DNA of 64,000 bases from Gemmatimonadales bacterium (GTDB taxonomy: Bacteria > Gemmatimonadota > Gemmatimonadetes > Gemmatimonadales > GWC2-71-9). The position numbers and the translations under genes are program-made. The notes under the pieces are model-generated. The model was not told where the DNA came from. It worked only from the letters and a program-made list of their open reading frames with translations, and made no database searches. The stretch covers positions 17,382 to 81,381 of the forward strand of contig DATBGE010000026.1 of NCBI GenBank assembly GCA_036558125.1. The letters are read 5' to 3'. This document shows, one piece after another, positions 18,340 through 28,840 of the stretch; positions within the stretch are counted from its first letter, which is position 1; each line of letters opens with the position of its first letter.

Positions 18340-18635
18340 TGCTGCTGGCTCAGTCGCTGGGTCTCTCGGCGATTCTCTTCGCCATCGGTGTCGCCGGGGT
18401 GCTGATCCGGCGTAACGCGATCGTGCTGTTCATGTGCATCGAGCTCATGCTCAATGCCGTGAACCTGACATTCGTCGCCCTGGCGCAGGCCCACGGTCTG
18501 GGTGGCCAGGTGTTCGTCTTCTTCGTCATGACGGTCGCCGCCGCGGAGGCCGCCGTGGGCCTCGCGATCATCATCGCCATGTTCCGGCACCACCGCTCGG
18601 TGGATCTCGGAAACGTCAACCTGCTCAGGGGCTGA
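18339..18635 (+). CDS. nuoK: NADH-quinone oxidoreductase subunit K
   Basis: 98 aa with three helices. [15 protein letters not shown] motif of NuoK/ND4L. 1-nt overlaps on both sides. Confidence 0.9.
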   Translation: MLLAQSLGLSAILFAIGVAGVLIRRNAIVLFMCIELMLNAVNLTFVALAQAHGLGGQVFVFFVMTVAAAEAAVGLAIIIAMFRHHRSVDLGNVNLLRG

Positions 18636-20689
18636 TGCATCTGCCGTCGGATCTTCTCGCCACTCTCGGGCAGGGCCCGGAGACGGCGCTGCCGGAAAAT
18701 CTGAACCTCCTGGTCGGGCTGATCCTGGGGCTCCCGCTCCTGGGCTTCCTGCTGAATGGAGCGCTCTCGCTCTGGCAGCCACGGGCCAAGGCGGCGGTCT
18801 CGATCATCGGCGCCGGAGTACTCCTCGGCGCATTCGCGACGGCACTGGTGGCCTTCAAGCAACTGGCTCCGGTGTGGCAGGCCGACCCCGAAGCCGCACC
18901 GATCGTCACCTTCTGGAGCTGGCTCCCGGTCGGGGATCTCCAGGTCGACTTCTCCTTCCTGCTCGATCACTTGTCGATGGTGATGCTGCTCGTGGTGACA
19001 GGCGTGGGGAGCCTGATCCACCTCTTCAGCGTCGGCTACATGCGGTCGGACGAGGGCTACCCGAGATACTTCGCGTACCTCAACCTGTTCGTCGCCTTCA
19101 TGCTGGTCCTGGTACTGGGAGCCAGCTTCCCGATGATGTTCATCGGGTGGGAGGGCGTCGGCCTCTGCTCCTACCTCCTGATCGGCTTCTGGTTCTCCGA
19201 AAAGGCCAACGCCGACGCCGGCAAGAAGGCCTTCATCGTGAATCGGATCGGGGACTTTGGTTTCCTGATCGCCATGTTCATGATGTGGCAGGTATTCGGA
19301 AGCCTGAACTTCGCCGAAGTGTTCGGCCGGGCGCCCGAGGTCCTGCCGGCCGGTGGTGCCCTGGTTACCGCGATCACCCTGTTCCTCTTTCTGGGCTGTA
19401 CCGGGAAGTCGGCCCAGATCCCGCTCTACATCTGGTTGCCCGACGCGATGGCCGGCCCGACGCCGGTCTCCGCCCTGATCCACGCCGCCACGATGGTGAC
19501 CGCCGGGGTGTATCTCGTCGCCCGGGCCAATGTGCTCTTTGCGCTGGCGCCGGTGAGCCAGACCGTGGTCGCAGGTATCGGCGCCCTCACGGCGCTCTTC
19601 GCCGCGACGATCGGCCTCCGCCAGTACGACATCAAGCGCGTCCTGGCCTACTCAACCGTCTCCCAGCTCGGCTACATGTTTCTGGGCGTGGGGACCGGAG
19701 CCATCACCGCCGGCATCTTCCATCTCGCCACCCACGCCTTCTTCAAGGCGCTGCTCTTCCTCGGATCGGGAAGCGTGATCCACGCGATGCACCATGCCTA
19801 TCACGCGACCCACTCGCACGAGGATGCTCAGGACATGCGCAATATGGGTGGCCTGCGGCACCATCTCCCGATCACCTGGGTCCTGATGTGGATTGCGACC
19901 CTGGCCATCGCCGGAATTCCTCCCTTCGCCGGTTTCTTCTCCAAGGATGAGATCCTGGCCTTCGCCTTCGGTCGCGGCGAGCACCAGCCAATCTTCCGGG
20001 TCTTCTGGGCCATGGGAGCGACGGCCGCCTTGATCACCGCGTTCTATATGGCGCGGCTCATGGCGATGACTTTCCATGGAGAGAACCGGACCGGAGCAAA
20101 AGAGAAGGAGCACCTGCACGAGGCGCCGTGGATCATGACCGGGCCACTCGTAATCCTCGGGCTCCTCAGTCTGGCCGGTGGCTGGCTCAACCTGCCGGAG
20201 TTTGCCAAGGCGATTGGCCCGACCGAGCTGCTGCACCACTGGCTCGAGCCGGTTACCGCCGCAGCCACGAAGATCGTGGGAGAGCCCGTGTTACCCCATG
20301 GCTCAACCGAGACGACCCTCATCGGCATCGCCATAGCCATCGCCATCATCGGGTTGGTATGGGGTTACCGGAGCACGGTCGGCCGCGCCATCGTCCCGGC
20401 CCACGAGGCGGCGCCGGACGAGGGATTCTGGAGAGTGCTCTACCACAAGTACTACATCGACGAGCTCTACGACGCGATCATCGTCCGCCCGTTGGCGACA
20501 CTGTCCCGGGTCGTGCTGTGGCGGAAGGTGGACCAGGGCCTGATCGATGGCGCCGCGGTGAACGGATCCGCCGGCCTGATGCGGGCGCTGGGCTGGATCG
20601 GCGGCCGGCTGCAGACCGGCCAGGTGGGGGTCTACGTCGCGGTCTTCGTCGTGGGGGCGTTGTACGTCCTCGGCAGGTTGGTTTGGTAA
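18635..20689 (+). CDS. nuoL: NADH-quinone oxidoreductase subunit L
   Basis: The start at 18635 overlaps the nuoK stop by 1 nt. WEGVGLCSYLLIGFW and SQLGYMF motifs of NuoL/ND5. The longer ORF start at 18434 lies inside nuoK. Confidence 0.9.
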   Translation: MHLPSDLLATLGQGPETALPENLNLLVGLILGLPLLGFLLNGALSLWQPRAKAAVSIIGAGVLLGAFATALVAFKQLAPVWQADPEAAPIVTFWSWLPVGDLQVDFSFLLDHLSMVMLLVVTGVGSLIHLFSVGYMRSDEGYPRYFAYLNLFVAFMLVLVLGASFPMMFIGWEGVGLCSYLLIGFWFSEKANADAGKKAFIVNRIGDFGFLIAMFMMWQVFGSLNFAEVFGRAPEVLPAGGALVTAITLFLFLGCTGKSAQIPLYIWLPDAMAGPTPVSALIHAATMVTAGVYLVARANVLFALAPVSQTVVAGIGALTALFAATIGLRQYDIKRVLAYSTVSQLGYMFLGVGTGAITAGIFHLATHAFFKALLFLGSGSVIHAMHHAYHATHSHEDAQDMRNMGGLRHHLPITWVLMWIATLAIAGIPPFAGFFSKDEILAFAFGRGEHQPIFRVFWAMGATAALITAFYMARLMAMTFHGENRTGAKEKEHLHEAPWIMTGPLVILGLLSLAGGWLNLPEFAKAIGPTELLHHWLEPVTAAATKIVGEPVLPHGSTETTLIGIAIAIAIIGLVWGYRSTVGRAIVPAHEAAPDEGFWRVLYHKYYIDELYDAIIVRPLATLSRVVLWRKVDQGLIDGAAVNGSAGLMRALGWIGGRLQTGQVGVYVAVFVVGALYVLGRLVW

Positions 20690-20713
20690 GACGGCACTTC
20701 TAACTCGACCGAA

Positions 20714-22276
20714 ATGCAAGACTTCCTGTTCGGACTGAATTACCACGCCTGGATCCTGACCGCGCTGCTGGTGCTGCCGCTGGTTGGCGTGCTGCCGGTG
20801 CTGCTGGCGCCTTCCGCACGCGCCAAGCACATCGCCCTCGTGGTCACCATTCTTGAGTTCCTGCTCTCAGCGGGACTCTGGTGGGCTTTCGATCCGACCT
20901 CAGGCGGGATCCAGTTCGGCGTCGTGGCGCCCTGGCTGCCGCAGTGGGGCATCAATTACCGGGTCGGTCTCGACGGCATTTCGCTCTTCATGGTGCTGCT
21001 ATCGACCGGGCTGATGCCGTTGGCGGTGCTCGGGAGCTGGAAATACATCACCGAGCGGGAGCGGGGCTACTACGCGCTCATGCTCACCCTGACGACGGGC
21101 ATGCTCGGGGTATTTCTCGCCCTGGATCTCTTCGTCTTCTATGTCTTCTGGGAAGTGATGCTGATCCCGATGTACTTCATCATCGGGGTCTGGGGCGGCA
21201 AGAACCGGCTCTACGCGGCCATCAAGTTCTTCATCTACACCTTCCTTGGCTCGCTCCTCATGCTGGTGGCGATCCTCGTCATGGTCTGGAAGGTGGCCGA
21301 GAGCAGCGGAACGATTTCGTTCGCTTATGCGGACCTGCTGGACAACGCGCCCAGGCTGGGAACCATCGCTCCCTGGCTCTTCGCGGCGTTCTTCCTGGCG
21401 TTCGCGATCAAAGTGCCGATGTTCCCCTTCCACACCTGGCTGCCCGACGCCCACGTCGAGGCCCCCACCGCGGGCAGCGTGATCCTGGCCAGCATCCTCC
21501 TCAAGATGGGGACCTACGGCTTCCTTCGGTTCGCCGTGCCGTTCTTCCCCGAGGTGGCTCTGAGCCCCGTCGTCACGACGGTAGTGCTCGTCTCGGCCGT
21601 TGTGGGCATCATCTACGGTGCCCTGGTCGCCATGGTCCAGCCGGACGTGAAGAAACTGGTGGCGTACTCCTCGGTAAGCCATCTCGGATTCGTGATGCTC
21701 GGCATCTGGGCCGGATCGCTTCAGAGCGTGCAGGGCGCCCTGATGATCATGATCGGTCACGGCCTCTCCACCGGCGCCTTGTTCTTCCTGATCGGCATGC
21801 TGTACGAGCGGCGCCACACCAGGGAGATCGCGGCCTACGGCGGCCTGGCCAGGGTGGTGCCGGTGCTGAGCCTGATCTTCGTCGTGACCTCGCTCGCCTC
21901 GATCGGACTTCCCGGCCTGAACGGTTTCGTGGGCGAATTCCTGGTGCTGCTCGGCAGCTTCGCCCGCCATCCCTGGGCGACCGGCCTTGCCACGACCGGC
22001 GTGATCTTCGCCGCGATGTACCTGCTGCCCGCCGTGCAGCGGATCTTCTTCAATAAGCTGGACAATCCCGCCAACGAACACCTGTCGGACCTGACCCCAC
22101 GCGAGCTCTGGGTCATGCTCCCGCTGATCTTCGGCATGGTCTGGCTCGGTCTCTATCCCAAGCCGGTGTTGACCCGCATGGAAGCGGCGTCGAAGCACTT
22201 TGTAGAGTTGACTCAGCCGGGGAGGGATCACTACTCCGCGCCGAGTGAAGAGATCCACGCGGAGCGCGCTCGATGA
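20714..22276 (+). CDS. nuoM: NADH-quinone oxidoreductase subunit M
   Basis: Polytopic antiporter-like subunit with FPFHTWLPDAHVEAPTAGSVILA, as in NuoM/ND4. Confidence 0.9.
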   Translation: MQDFLFGLNYHAWILTALLVLPLVGVLPVLLAPSARAKHIALVVTILEFLLSAGLWWAFDPTSGGIQFGVVAPWLPQWGINYRVGLDGISLFMVLLSTGLMPLAVLGSWKYITERERGYYALMLTLTTGMLGVFLALDLFVFYVFWEVMLIPMYFIIGVWGGKNRLYAAIKFFIYTFLGSLLMLVAILVMVWKVAESSGTISFAYADLLDNAPRLGTIAPWLFAAFFLAFAIKVPMFPFHTWLPDAHVEAPTAGSVILASILLKMGTYGFLRFAVPFFPEVALSPVVTTVVLVSAVVGIIYGALVAMVQPDVKKLVAYSSVSHLGFVMLGIWAGSLQSVQGALMIMIGHGLSTGALFFLIGMLYERRHTREIAAYGGLARVVPVLSLIFVVTSLASIGLPGLNGFVGEFLVLLGSFARHPWATGLATTGVIFAAMYLLPAVQRIFFNKLDNPANEHLSDLTPRELWVMLPLIFGMVWLGLYPKPVLTRMEAASKHFVELTQPGRDHYSAPSEEIHAERAR

Positions 22277-23781
22277 CGCCGACGCTCGATCTCACCTCCC
22301 CGCTCGGGATGACGATCTCCCTCACACCGGAGATCGTCCTCTCGATCTGCGCGATGCTGGTGCTGCTGGTCGTGAGCTGGCGCCACCAGACCGCGGCCGA
22401 CAGCCGTCTCGCGGGCTGGCTCAGCGTCGCCTCGCTCATCGTGACCGGCGCGGCGCTCGCCTGGCTGACCGCGCAGCAGTTCGAAAGCGAAGGACTGCCG
22501 TTCATGGTCGCGCTGGACGGTTTCCGCTATCTCTCTTCGGCCCTGGTGCTCCTGCTCGCACTCGCCAGCACGCTGCTCTCGATCGGCTACCTGGAGCGCG
22601 AGGGGCTCACCGCTCCCGAGTATTACGTGTTGCTGCTGTTGGGGACCGTCGGCCTGCTGTTCATGACCGCCTCGCAGGACCTCATCGTCTTCTTCCTCGC
22701 GTTGGAGACGATGTCCATGGCAGTCTACGTGCTGGCGGGCTATGACCGGAGAAGCCCCGCTTCATCCGAAGCCGGCCTCAAGTACTTCCTCATCGGCGCC
22801 TTCGCTTCCGGGTTCTTGCTTTACGGGATTGCCTTGCTGTACGGCTCGACCGGCAGCACCAACCTGGCGCTGATCGGGGCCCAGTTCGCCGATCGCCCGA
22901 TGCCCGGCATGGCCTTGATCGGCATGGGTCTGCTCCTGATCGGGTTCGGTTTCAAGGTGGCGGCGGTCCCCTTCCACATGTGGACCCCCGATGTCTACGA
23001 GGGCGCTCCGACTCCGGTCACCGGATTCATGGCGACGGGGGTCAAGGCGGCGGCATTCGTTGCCTTTGCCCGCGTCCTGCTCTCCTGCTTCCCTCAGGCG
23101 GCGCCGCAATGGCGGCCGCTGATCTGGGTGCTCGCCGTGGTGACGATGATCCTGGGCAATCTCGTGGCCCTCAACCAGACATCGCTCAAGCGGCTGCTGG
23201 CGTACAGCTCGGTCGCCCACGCCGGATATCTCCTGGTCGCGCTCTGGCCGGGCAGCCCGCTCGGCACCGCGTCATTGCTGCTGTATCTCTTCGCGTACGG
23301 CGTGACCACGCTTGCCGCATTCGGGATCCTGGGCGCATTGGGCACCGGCGGAGAGCGAAACGTCACGCTGGCTGAGATCTCCGGCTTATCCCAGAGCCGC
23401 CCCTGGCTCGCCTTGGGCCTCGCGGTCTGCATGCTCTCTTTGCTGGGCTTCCCCGGCACGCTCGGGTTCATCGGGAAGTGGTACATCCTCTCGGCGGTGA
23501 TCGCGGAGAAGAACGCCCCCCTCGCTGTGGTGCTGGTCCTGACCACAGTGGTCTCGGCGGGATACTACCTCCCGGTGATCATGGCGATGTACATGCGTCC
23601 TGCCCGGGCACCGCTGGTCTACCACGCGGTCCGGCTGGCACCGGCCGCCGCGGCCACGGTCGCGATCGCCATCATCGCGACGCTGGTGTTCGGGATTTGG
23701 CCCACGGAACTCCTCAACGCCGCAGGAGCCAGCGCGGCGTCGCTGCTGAATAGCGCTGCCTCCGCGGTAGCCGGCCGCTAG
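22273..23781 (+). CDS. nuoN: NADH-quinone oxidoreductase subunit N
   Basis: ATGA overlap with nuoM. VPFHMWTPDVYEGAPTPVTGFMA, typical of NuoN/ND2. Last gene of the operon. Confidence 0.9.
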   Translation: MTPTLDLTSPLGMTISLTPEIVLSICAMLVLLVVSWRHQTAADSRLAGWLSVASLIVTGAALAWLTAQQFESEGLPFMVALDGFRYLSSALVLLLALASTLLSIGYLEREGLTAPEYYVLLLLGTVGLLFMTASQDLIVFFLALETMSMAVYVLAGYDRRSPASSEAGLKYFLIGAFASGFLLYGIALLYGSTGSTNLALIGAQFADRPMPGMALIGMGLLLIGFGFKVAAVPFHMWTPDVYEGAPTPVTGFMATGVKAAAFVAFARVLLSCFPQAAPQWRPLIWVLAVVTMILGNLVALNQTSLKRLLAYSSVAHAGYLLVALWPGSPLGTASLLLYLFAYGVTTLAAFGILGALGTGGERNVTLAEISGLSQSRPWLALGLAVCMLSLLGFPGTLGFIGKWYILSAVIAEKNAPLAVVLVLTTVVSAGYYLPVIMAMYMRPARAPLVYHAVRLAPAAAATVAIAIIATLVFGIWPTELLNAAGASAASLLNSAASAVAGR

Positions 23782-23789
23782 GAGCGGGC

Positions 23790-25151
23790 GTGCAGGCCCC
23801 ACGCTCCATTTTCCGCCAATACGACATCAGGGGGTTGGTCGATCAGGAGCTGACCCCGGAGTTTGCCCTCGCTCTGGGGCGTGCCTACGCCAGCGCCGCA
23901 TGGGCTCGTCTGGGTCGAGCACCGGTCCTGGCAGTAGGGCGTGACAATCGTCCCTCCGGCGAGAGTCTCGCCGCCGCAGTTCGCGCTGGGATCGCCCAAA
24001 CCGGCGCCACCGCCGTTGATGTCGGAATGTTGCCCACTCCGGCGCTCTACTTCGCCGTGCACGCCTTGAAGACCGATGGGGGACTCCAGGTCACCGGGTC
24101 GCACAATCCTCCCGAGTTCAACGGCTTCAAGATGGTCCTCGCTGGAGAGTCGCTGCACGGCGAAGGCATCGCGGCACTCTACGACATCATCGCCGGCGAG
24201 ACTTGGCGGATGGGCCGGGGCAGCGAGCGACAGGATACTTCCGTCCTCTCGTCCTACCGCGAGGCCATCGTCGAGCGGAACCGTCTCCGGCGTCCGGTGC
24301 AGGTCGTGGTGGATTGCGGCAACGGGGCTGGCAGCCTGATTGCCGTTTCGACCCTGAGGACGCTCGGCGCCGAGGTTACGCCGCTCTTCTGCGAATCCGA
24401 CGGAACCTTCCCCAATCACCACCCGGACCCCACCGTTCCGGAGAATCTCGCCGATCTTCAAGCCGCGGTCCGCCGCACCGGGGCCGAGCTGGGTATCGCC
24501 TTCGATGGCGATGCCGATCGTATTGGCGCCGTTGATGACACCGGTCAGATCATTTACGGAGACCAGCTCCTCGTGCTCTACGGCCGCGACGCGGTCCGCA
24601 GGTTTGGCGTCGGCGTGCCGGTAATCTTCGATGTAAAGTGTTCCGAAGTGCTTCCCCAGATGCTGAAGAAGGCAGGGGCCAGGCCCGAACTCTGGAAGAC
24701 CGGCCATTCGCTCATCAAGGCCCGGATGAAGGAGCTCGACGCTCCGCTCGCCGGCGAGATGAGCGGACACATGTTTTTCGGTGGAGATTACTTCGGATTC
24801 GACGACGCGCTTTTCGCCGCGGCCCGCCTGCTCGAGATCGTCTCCGCCGAGCCGGGAGGCTTGAGCCGGCTGCTGGCGGATATTCCCAGGACCTTTGCGA
24901 CGCCTGAGATCCGGGTGGATTGCCCGGATGAAACCAAGTTCGAGGTGGTGAAGGCCGCAGCCGAATGGTTTGGGGCCCGCTATCCGGTCAACAGCATCGA
25001 TGGGGTCCGCATGACCTTTCCCAAAGGCTGGGGACTTATCCGCGCCTCCAACACGCAACCCGTCCTGGTGCTCCGCTTCGAAGCCAGCGACGCGGCAGCC
25101 CGCGACGAATACCAGGCCGAGGTCCTGGGCTGGCTGGCGGGAAAAGTATGA
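23790..25151 (+). CDS. phosphomannomutase/phosphoglucomutase (alpha-D-phosphohexomutase)
   Basis: TGSHNPPEFNGFK phosphoserine loop, FDGDADR metal loop, GEMSGHMFF sugar loop. Starts 8 nt after the nuoN stop. Confidence 0.88.
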   Translation: MQAPRSIFRQYDIRGLVDQELTPEFALALGRAYASAAWARLGRAPVLAVGRDNRPSGESLAAAVRAGIAQTGATAVDVGMLPTPALYFAVHALKTDGGLQVTGSHNPPEFNGFKMVLAGESLHGEGIAALYDIIAGETWRMGRGSERQDTSVLSSYREAIVERNRLRRPVQVVVDCGNGAGSLIAVSTLRTLGAEVTPLFCESDGTFPNHHPDPTVPENLADLQAAVRRTGAELGIAFDGDADRIGAVDDTGQIIYGDQLLVLYGRDAVRRFGVGVPVIFDVKCSEVLPQMLKKAGARPELWKTGHSLIKARMKELDAPLAGEMSGHMFFGGDYFGFDDALFAAARLLEIVSAEPGGLSRLLADIPRTFATPEIRVDCPDETKFEVVKAAAEWFGARYPVNSIDGVRMTFPKGWGLIRASNTQPVLVLRFEASDAAARDEYQAEVLGWLAGKV

Positions 25152-27601
25152 GCCGCCGCGGGGTTACGATCGCGCTGAGTCTCTCGGTGCTCGTCATCCT
25201 GCTTTTCGTAGGACGCTGGGGAGCCGCACTCCTCGCCGATCGGTGGTGGGCCGAGCTGGTCTCGCCCGAGGCTTCCCGCTTCGTGATGGACTGGAATCTT
25301 CTCCGCTTTACTCTCGAAGCGGGCGGCGTTCTGGTTGCCTGTGCCTGGTTCATCGGCCATCTCCTGGTTGTCTTCCGCGCTATCGGATCGGTTCAGGTTC
25401 CCCGACAGCTCGCCAATCTTGAGATTCGTGAAGCGCTCAACACCCGGGTCCTGGTATTCGGCGGTGTCGCGACCGGAGCCGTGCTGGGCTTCATCGTGGG
25501 GCGCGGCCTGGGCGATTGGACTCCGACCCTGGCCCTGGCCTGGACCGGCGTGCGCTACGGAGAAACCGAGCCGCTGCTCGGTCACGATCTCGGGCTCTAC
25601 CTGGCCCAGCTTCCACTCTGGCGATCGTTGCACGGGCACGCGCTGCTCCTCGTGCTCCTCGGCCTCGGCGGGGTGCTCACCCTCTATATCGTCATCGGGG
25701 CCGTGCGCTGGACCGATGGCCACCTCGCGCTGAACAGTCATGCGCGGGCCCACCTCGGCGTCCTGCTGGCCGCGTTGGCGCTGTGCCTGGTCTGGGGTTA
25801 TCTGCTCGAACCGTACGAACTGATCTCGGGCATCGGCGGCGCCACTCAGCTTGGCCTCTTCAACTATCAGCGGATAACCACGCAGATCCTGGCCGGAGTG
25901 GCGCTCATGACTGCGGCACTCTCCCTGGTCTGGGCCTGGCGGGCCAATCACGTGCTGATGGCGGCGGGCTGGGGTGTCCTCATCACCGTATCGCTGGTGG
26001 GGCACCATGTTTTCCCGGCCTTGCTGGCAGGCGCTCGCCCCTCGCCGGTCGATCAGATGGATCGTCGCCGGCTCGAGGCGCTGGCCTACGGGCTCACCGG
26101 TTTACGGGATTCCACCAGCGATCGCCCTGAAGCCGCTCCTCGCATGCCGAATCCTCCGACTCTCTGGTCGGCTTCGATCGTCACCCGACTTCCAGCGTCC
26201 GACTCGGGAGAAGTACTCGGTGCCGACCGCGCCGTGCTCCCCGTGCTGCGCCGCCCGCGGCCGGTCTGGCTCGTGGTCCGCGGGGGCGGCGAGCAAGGCT
26301 CGAGTGTCACGGCGATCGCCGACGATCAGACCAGCGTGGATGGCAGGCCGCTCTATTATCCCGGCGGCGACAGCATTCCGTCGGCCCAGCCAGCCACTCG
26401 GCTTCGCCTCAGCCGAAGCGCCGTATGGCCTGGCGCGCCGACTGTCGTTCTCGATAGCGCTCCCGGAGGTGTTCGCGTCGGAGGTGCCTTTCGGCGGGTA
26501 GTGCTGGCCTGGGCCCTTCAATCCAGCAGCCTGCTGGGCAGAATCGAAAGTGATGCGCGAGCTCGCTGGTATCTGACGCCGGCAGCACGGCTCGATCGTC
26601 TCGCGCCCTTTGCCGCGTGGGGTGTTCCGGTTCCTCGCATCGTGAACGGCGCTCTGGTCTGGATTGCCGATGGCTACATCGGGTCGCAGACCTTCCCGAT
26701 CGCGAGCCGGGTGCGGTGGAGAGGTCAGCGGATCGGCACCCTTCGCGCCGATTTTGTCGGTGTGATCGAGGCGGAATCCGGAGAGACCCGGATCTACCTG
26801 CGGCATACCGCCGATAAAGTCGCCGAAGCCTGGCTCGACATCGCCGGCGGTGTAGTCTTGCCGGCCAACTCGATTCCAACCGAGATCGGAAGAGTCGTCC
26901 CCTATCCGGCCGAACTTCTCCAGGTGCAGGGAAGGGTGATGGAGGGTCAGGACTGGGGAATCGGCAAGATGGTGGTGCGTCCCGATTCGTTGGGTGGTGG
27001 CAATCCGACTCCCGAGACGGTATGGGAGCCCGATACGTCGGGCCTTCAGTCGTTGGTCGTCTTTGAGAATGAAGGAGAACGGTCCGTCTCATCCCTCCTG
27101 CAAGCGAGGATGGTGGATGGGTGGGAAACGCTCAAGCTGGTTCGGTTCGACAGTTCCAGTACGCTGCCATCTCCTCAGATGCTGGAGAGCCGCTGGGGCC
27201 GCTTTCCGACCTACGAGCAGATTCGCGACTCGGTACTCGGCGCCGGCGGCCAGTTGCAGGCAGGGCCGGTGCACTACTGGCTTAGTCCGGCGGGACTCGG
27301 AGCCTATCAACCGCACGTGGCGTGGAATTCCGGTGAGACACCGGCGCTGGTCTGGGTCAGCATCGCCAGCCAGGGGCGGGGCGGGGCCGGCCACGACTTG
27401 TTCGAGGCCTGGCAAAACATGTTCGGCATCACCGCGCCGCTGGTCGCCGCCGCTGGACATGCCAATCGTCTCGAGGAGGCCCGGCGCCTCATGGCTGCGG
27501 CTGATTCCGCCCTGAAACGGGGCGATATGGCCGGCTTCGGCCGCGCGTTCGATGCGCTGCGCCGGGTGCTGAATGCCAAAGACGATCGTCAGCAGTTCTG
27601 A
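25148..27601 (+). CDS. large polytopic membrane protein, UPF0182-like
   Basis: ATGA overlap with the mutase gene. About 7 N-terminal helices followed by a large soluble part. The C-terminal ...ALKRGDMAGFGRAFDALRRVL resembles the UPF0182 tail as I remember it. Confidence 0.55.
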   Translation: MSRRGVTIALSLSVLVILLFVGRWGAALLADRWWAELVSPEASRFVMDWNLLRFTLEAGGVLVACAWFIGHLLVVFRAIGSVQVPRQLANLEIREALNTRVLVFGGVATGAVLGFIVGRGLGDWTPTLALAWTGVRYGETEPLLGHDLGLYLAQLPLWRSLHGHALLLVLLGLGGVLTLYIVIGAVRWTDGHLALNSHARAHLGVLLAALALCLVWGYLLEPYELISGIGGATQLGLFNYQRITTQILAGVALMTAALSLVWAWRANHVLMAAGWGVLITVSLVGHHVFPALLAGARPSPVDQMDRRRLEALAYGLTGLRDSTSDRPEAAPRMPNPPTLWSASIVTRLPASDSGEVLGADRAVLPVLRRPRPVWLVVRGGGEQGSSVTAIADDQTSVDGRPLYYPGGDSIPSAQPATRLRLSRSAVWPGAPTVVLDSAPGGVRVGGAFRRVVLAWALQSSSLLGRIESDARARWYLTPAARLDRLAPFAAWGVPVPRIVNGALVWIADGYIGSQTFPIASRVRWRGQRIGTLRADFVGVIEAESGETRIYLRHTADKVAEAWLDIAGGVVLPANSIPTEIGRVVPYPAELLQVQGRVMEGQDWGIGKMVVRPDSLGGGNPTPETVWEPDTSGLQSLVVFENEGERSVSSLLQARMVDGWETLKLVRFDSSSTLPSPQMLESRWGRFPTYEQIRDSVLGAGGQLQAGPVHYWLSPAGLGAYQPHVAWNSGETPALVWVSIASQGRGGAGHDLFEAWQNMFGITAPLVAAAGHANRLEEARRLMAAADSALKRGDMAGFGRAFDALRRVLNAKDDRQQF

Positions 27602-27700
27602 GCTTGTTACCACCCTATCCGAAGGCTAGTTTCCCGCCCGCGCCGGCCCTTCCACGTCGCCGGACCAGGCTTCAGCTCGCTTCTTTTTGACGAGGTCTCC

Positions 27701-28840
27701 GTGAACCTCCACGAGTACCAGGGCCGGGCCATCTTCCGCGCCGGTGGAATCCCGATGCCCGACGGCGATGTCGCCACGACGCCCGCCGAGGCGGAGGCGA
27801 TCGCCCGACGGCTGAATGGGCAGGTCGTAGTCAAAGCGCAGGTCCACGTCGGCGGCCGGGGCAAGGCGGGCGGAGTAAAGTTGGCCTCGACGCCGAAAGA
27901 GACCGCGGAGGTCGCGAAGAAGATCCTTGGAATGCAGATCAAGGGGCTCACCGTGCAGAAGGTGCTGGTAGTCCCGGCCGCGGACATTGCGACCGAGGCC
28001 TATGCAGGGCTGATCCTCGACCGTGCGACTCAGCGCCCGGTCTTCATGGTGAGTGCAGCGGGCGGCATCGACATCGAAGAGGTGGCCGCGACCACACCCG
28101 AGAAGATCACCCGGCTGGCGGTGGATCCCCGCTATGGCCTTCTCCCGCATCAGGCCCTGACTCTCGCCTTCACCCTTTTCAGCGACATCGCCCAGGTTCG
28201 CGCCACCGCGAAGATCCTCGAACAGCTCTACCGGATTTTCATCTCCAACGGGTGCACTCTGACGGAGATCAACCCGCTGGTCAGCACTCCGGACGGCAAA
28301 GTGCTCGCTCTCGACGCCAAGGTCATCATCGACGATAACGAGCTCGACCGCCGGCCCGACCTGGCGCAACTGCGGGACGAAAGCGCCGAAGAGCCGAGCG
28401 AAGTCGCGGCCCGAAAGGCCAACCTGACCTTCATCAAGCTGAGCGGTAACGTGGGTTGCGTGGTGAACGGGGCGGGTCTCGCAATGGCCACGATGGACCT
28501 GGTGAAGTACTACGGCGGCCAACCAGCCAACTTCCTCGATATCGGCGGCAGCTCGAACCCGGAGAAGGTGGTCAACGCGCTCAAGATCATCACCGGCGAT
28601 CCCGAGGTGAAGGCGATCCTGTTCAACATCTTCGGCGGCATTACTCGCACCGACGACGTCGCGAACGGGATCCTCACCGCGATGGAGCAGTTCAAAGTGA
28701 ATGTGCCGCTGGTCATCCGGCTCACCGGGACCAACGAAGAAGAGGCGGTCAGAATCCTGAAGGCCGCCGGAATGCAGGCGCTTAATGATATGGATGAGGC
28801 CGTTCAGAAAGTGGTTGAAGTGGCGAAGGGGGCCGCATGA
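27701..28840 (+). CDS. sucC: succinyl-CoA synthetase beta subunit
   Basis: [13 protein letters not shown]-terminus, ATP-grasp core, NFLDIGGSS motif. Confidence 0.93.
   Translation: MNLHEYQGRAIFRAGGIPMPDGDVATTPAEAEAIARRLNGQVVVKAQVHVGGRGKAGGVKLASTPKETAEVAKKILGMQIKGLTVQKVLVVPAADIATEAYAGLILDRATQRPVFMVSAAGGIDIEEVAATTPEKITRLAVDPRYGLLPHQALTLAFTLFSDIAQVRATAKILEQLYRIFISNGCTLTEINPLVSTPDGKVLALDAKVIIDDNELDRRPDLAQLRDESAEEPSEVAARKANLTFIKLSGNVGCVVNGAGLAMATMDLVKYYGGQPANFLDIGGSSNPEKVVNALKIITGDPEVKAILFNIFGGITRTDDVANGILTAMEQFKVNVPLVIRLTGTNEEEAVRILKAAGMQALNDMDEAVQKVVEVAKGAA

Noticed and set aside
18434-18634. Long upstream extensions of ORFs (nuoL from 18434; likewise nuoB 9921, nuoE 12447, nuoH 15860, UPF0182-like 24965, kdsA 58736, mqnC-like 45839, GYF paralogue to 40867)
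   Set aside because: The extensions lie inside the preceding gene in another frame and translate to Arg/Pro/Gly-rich sequence. In each case a Met/Val codon overlapping or abutting the upstream stop gives a family-typical N-terminus.
23778-25058. 426-aa minus-strand ORF
   Set aside because: It is antisense to the phosphohexomutase gene and has no recognisable motifs.
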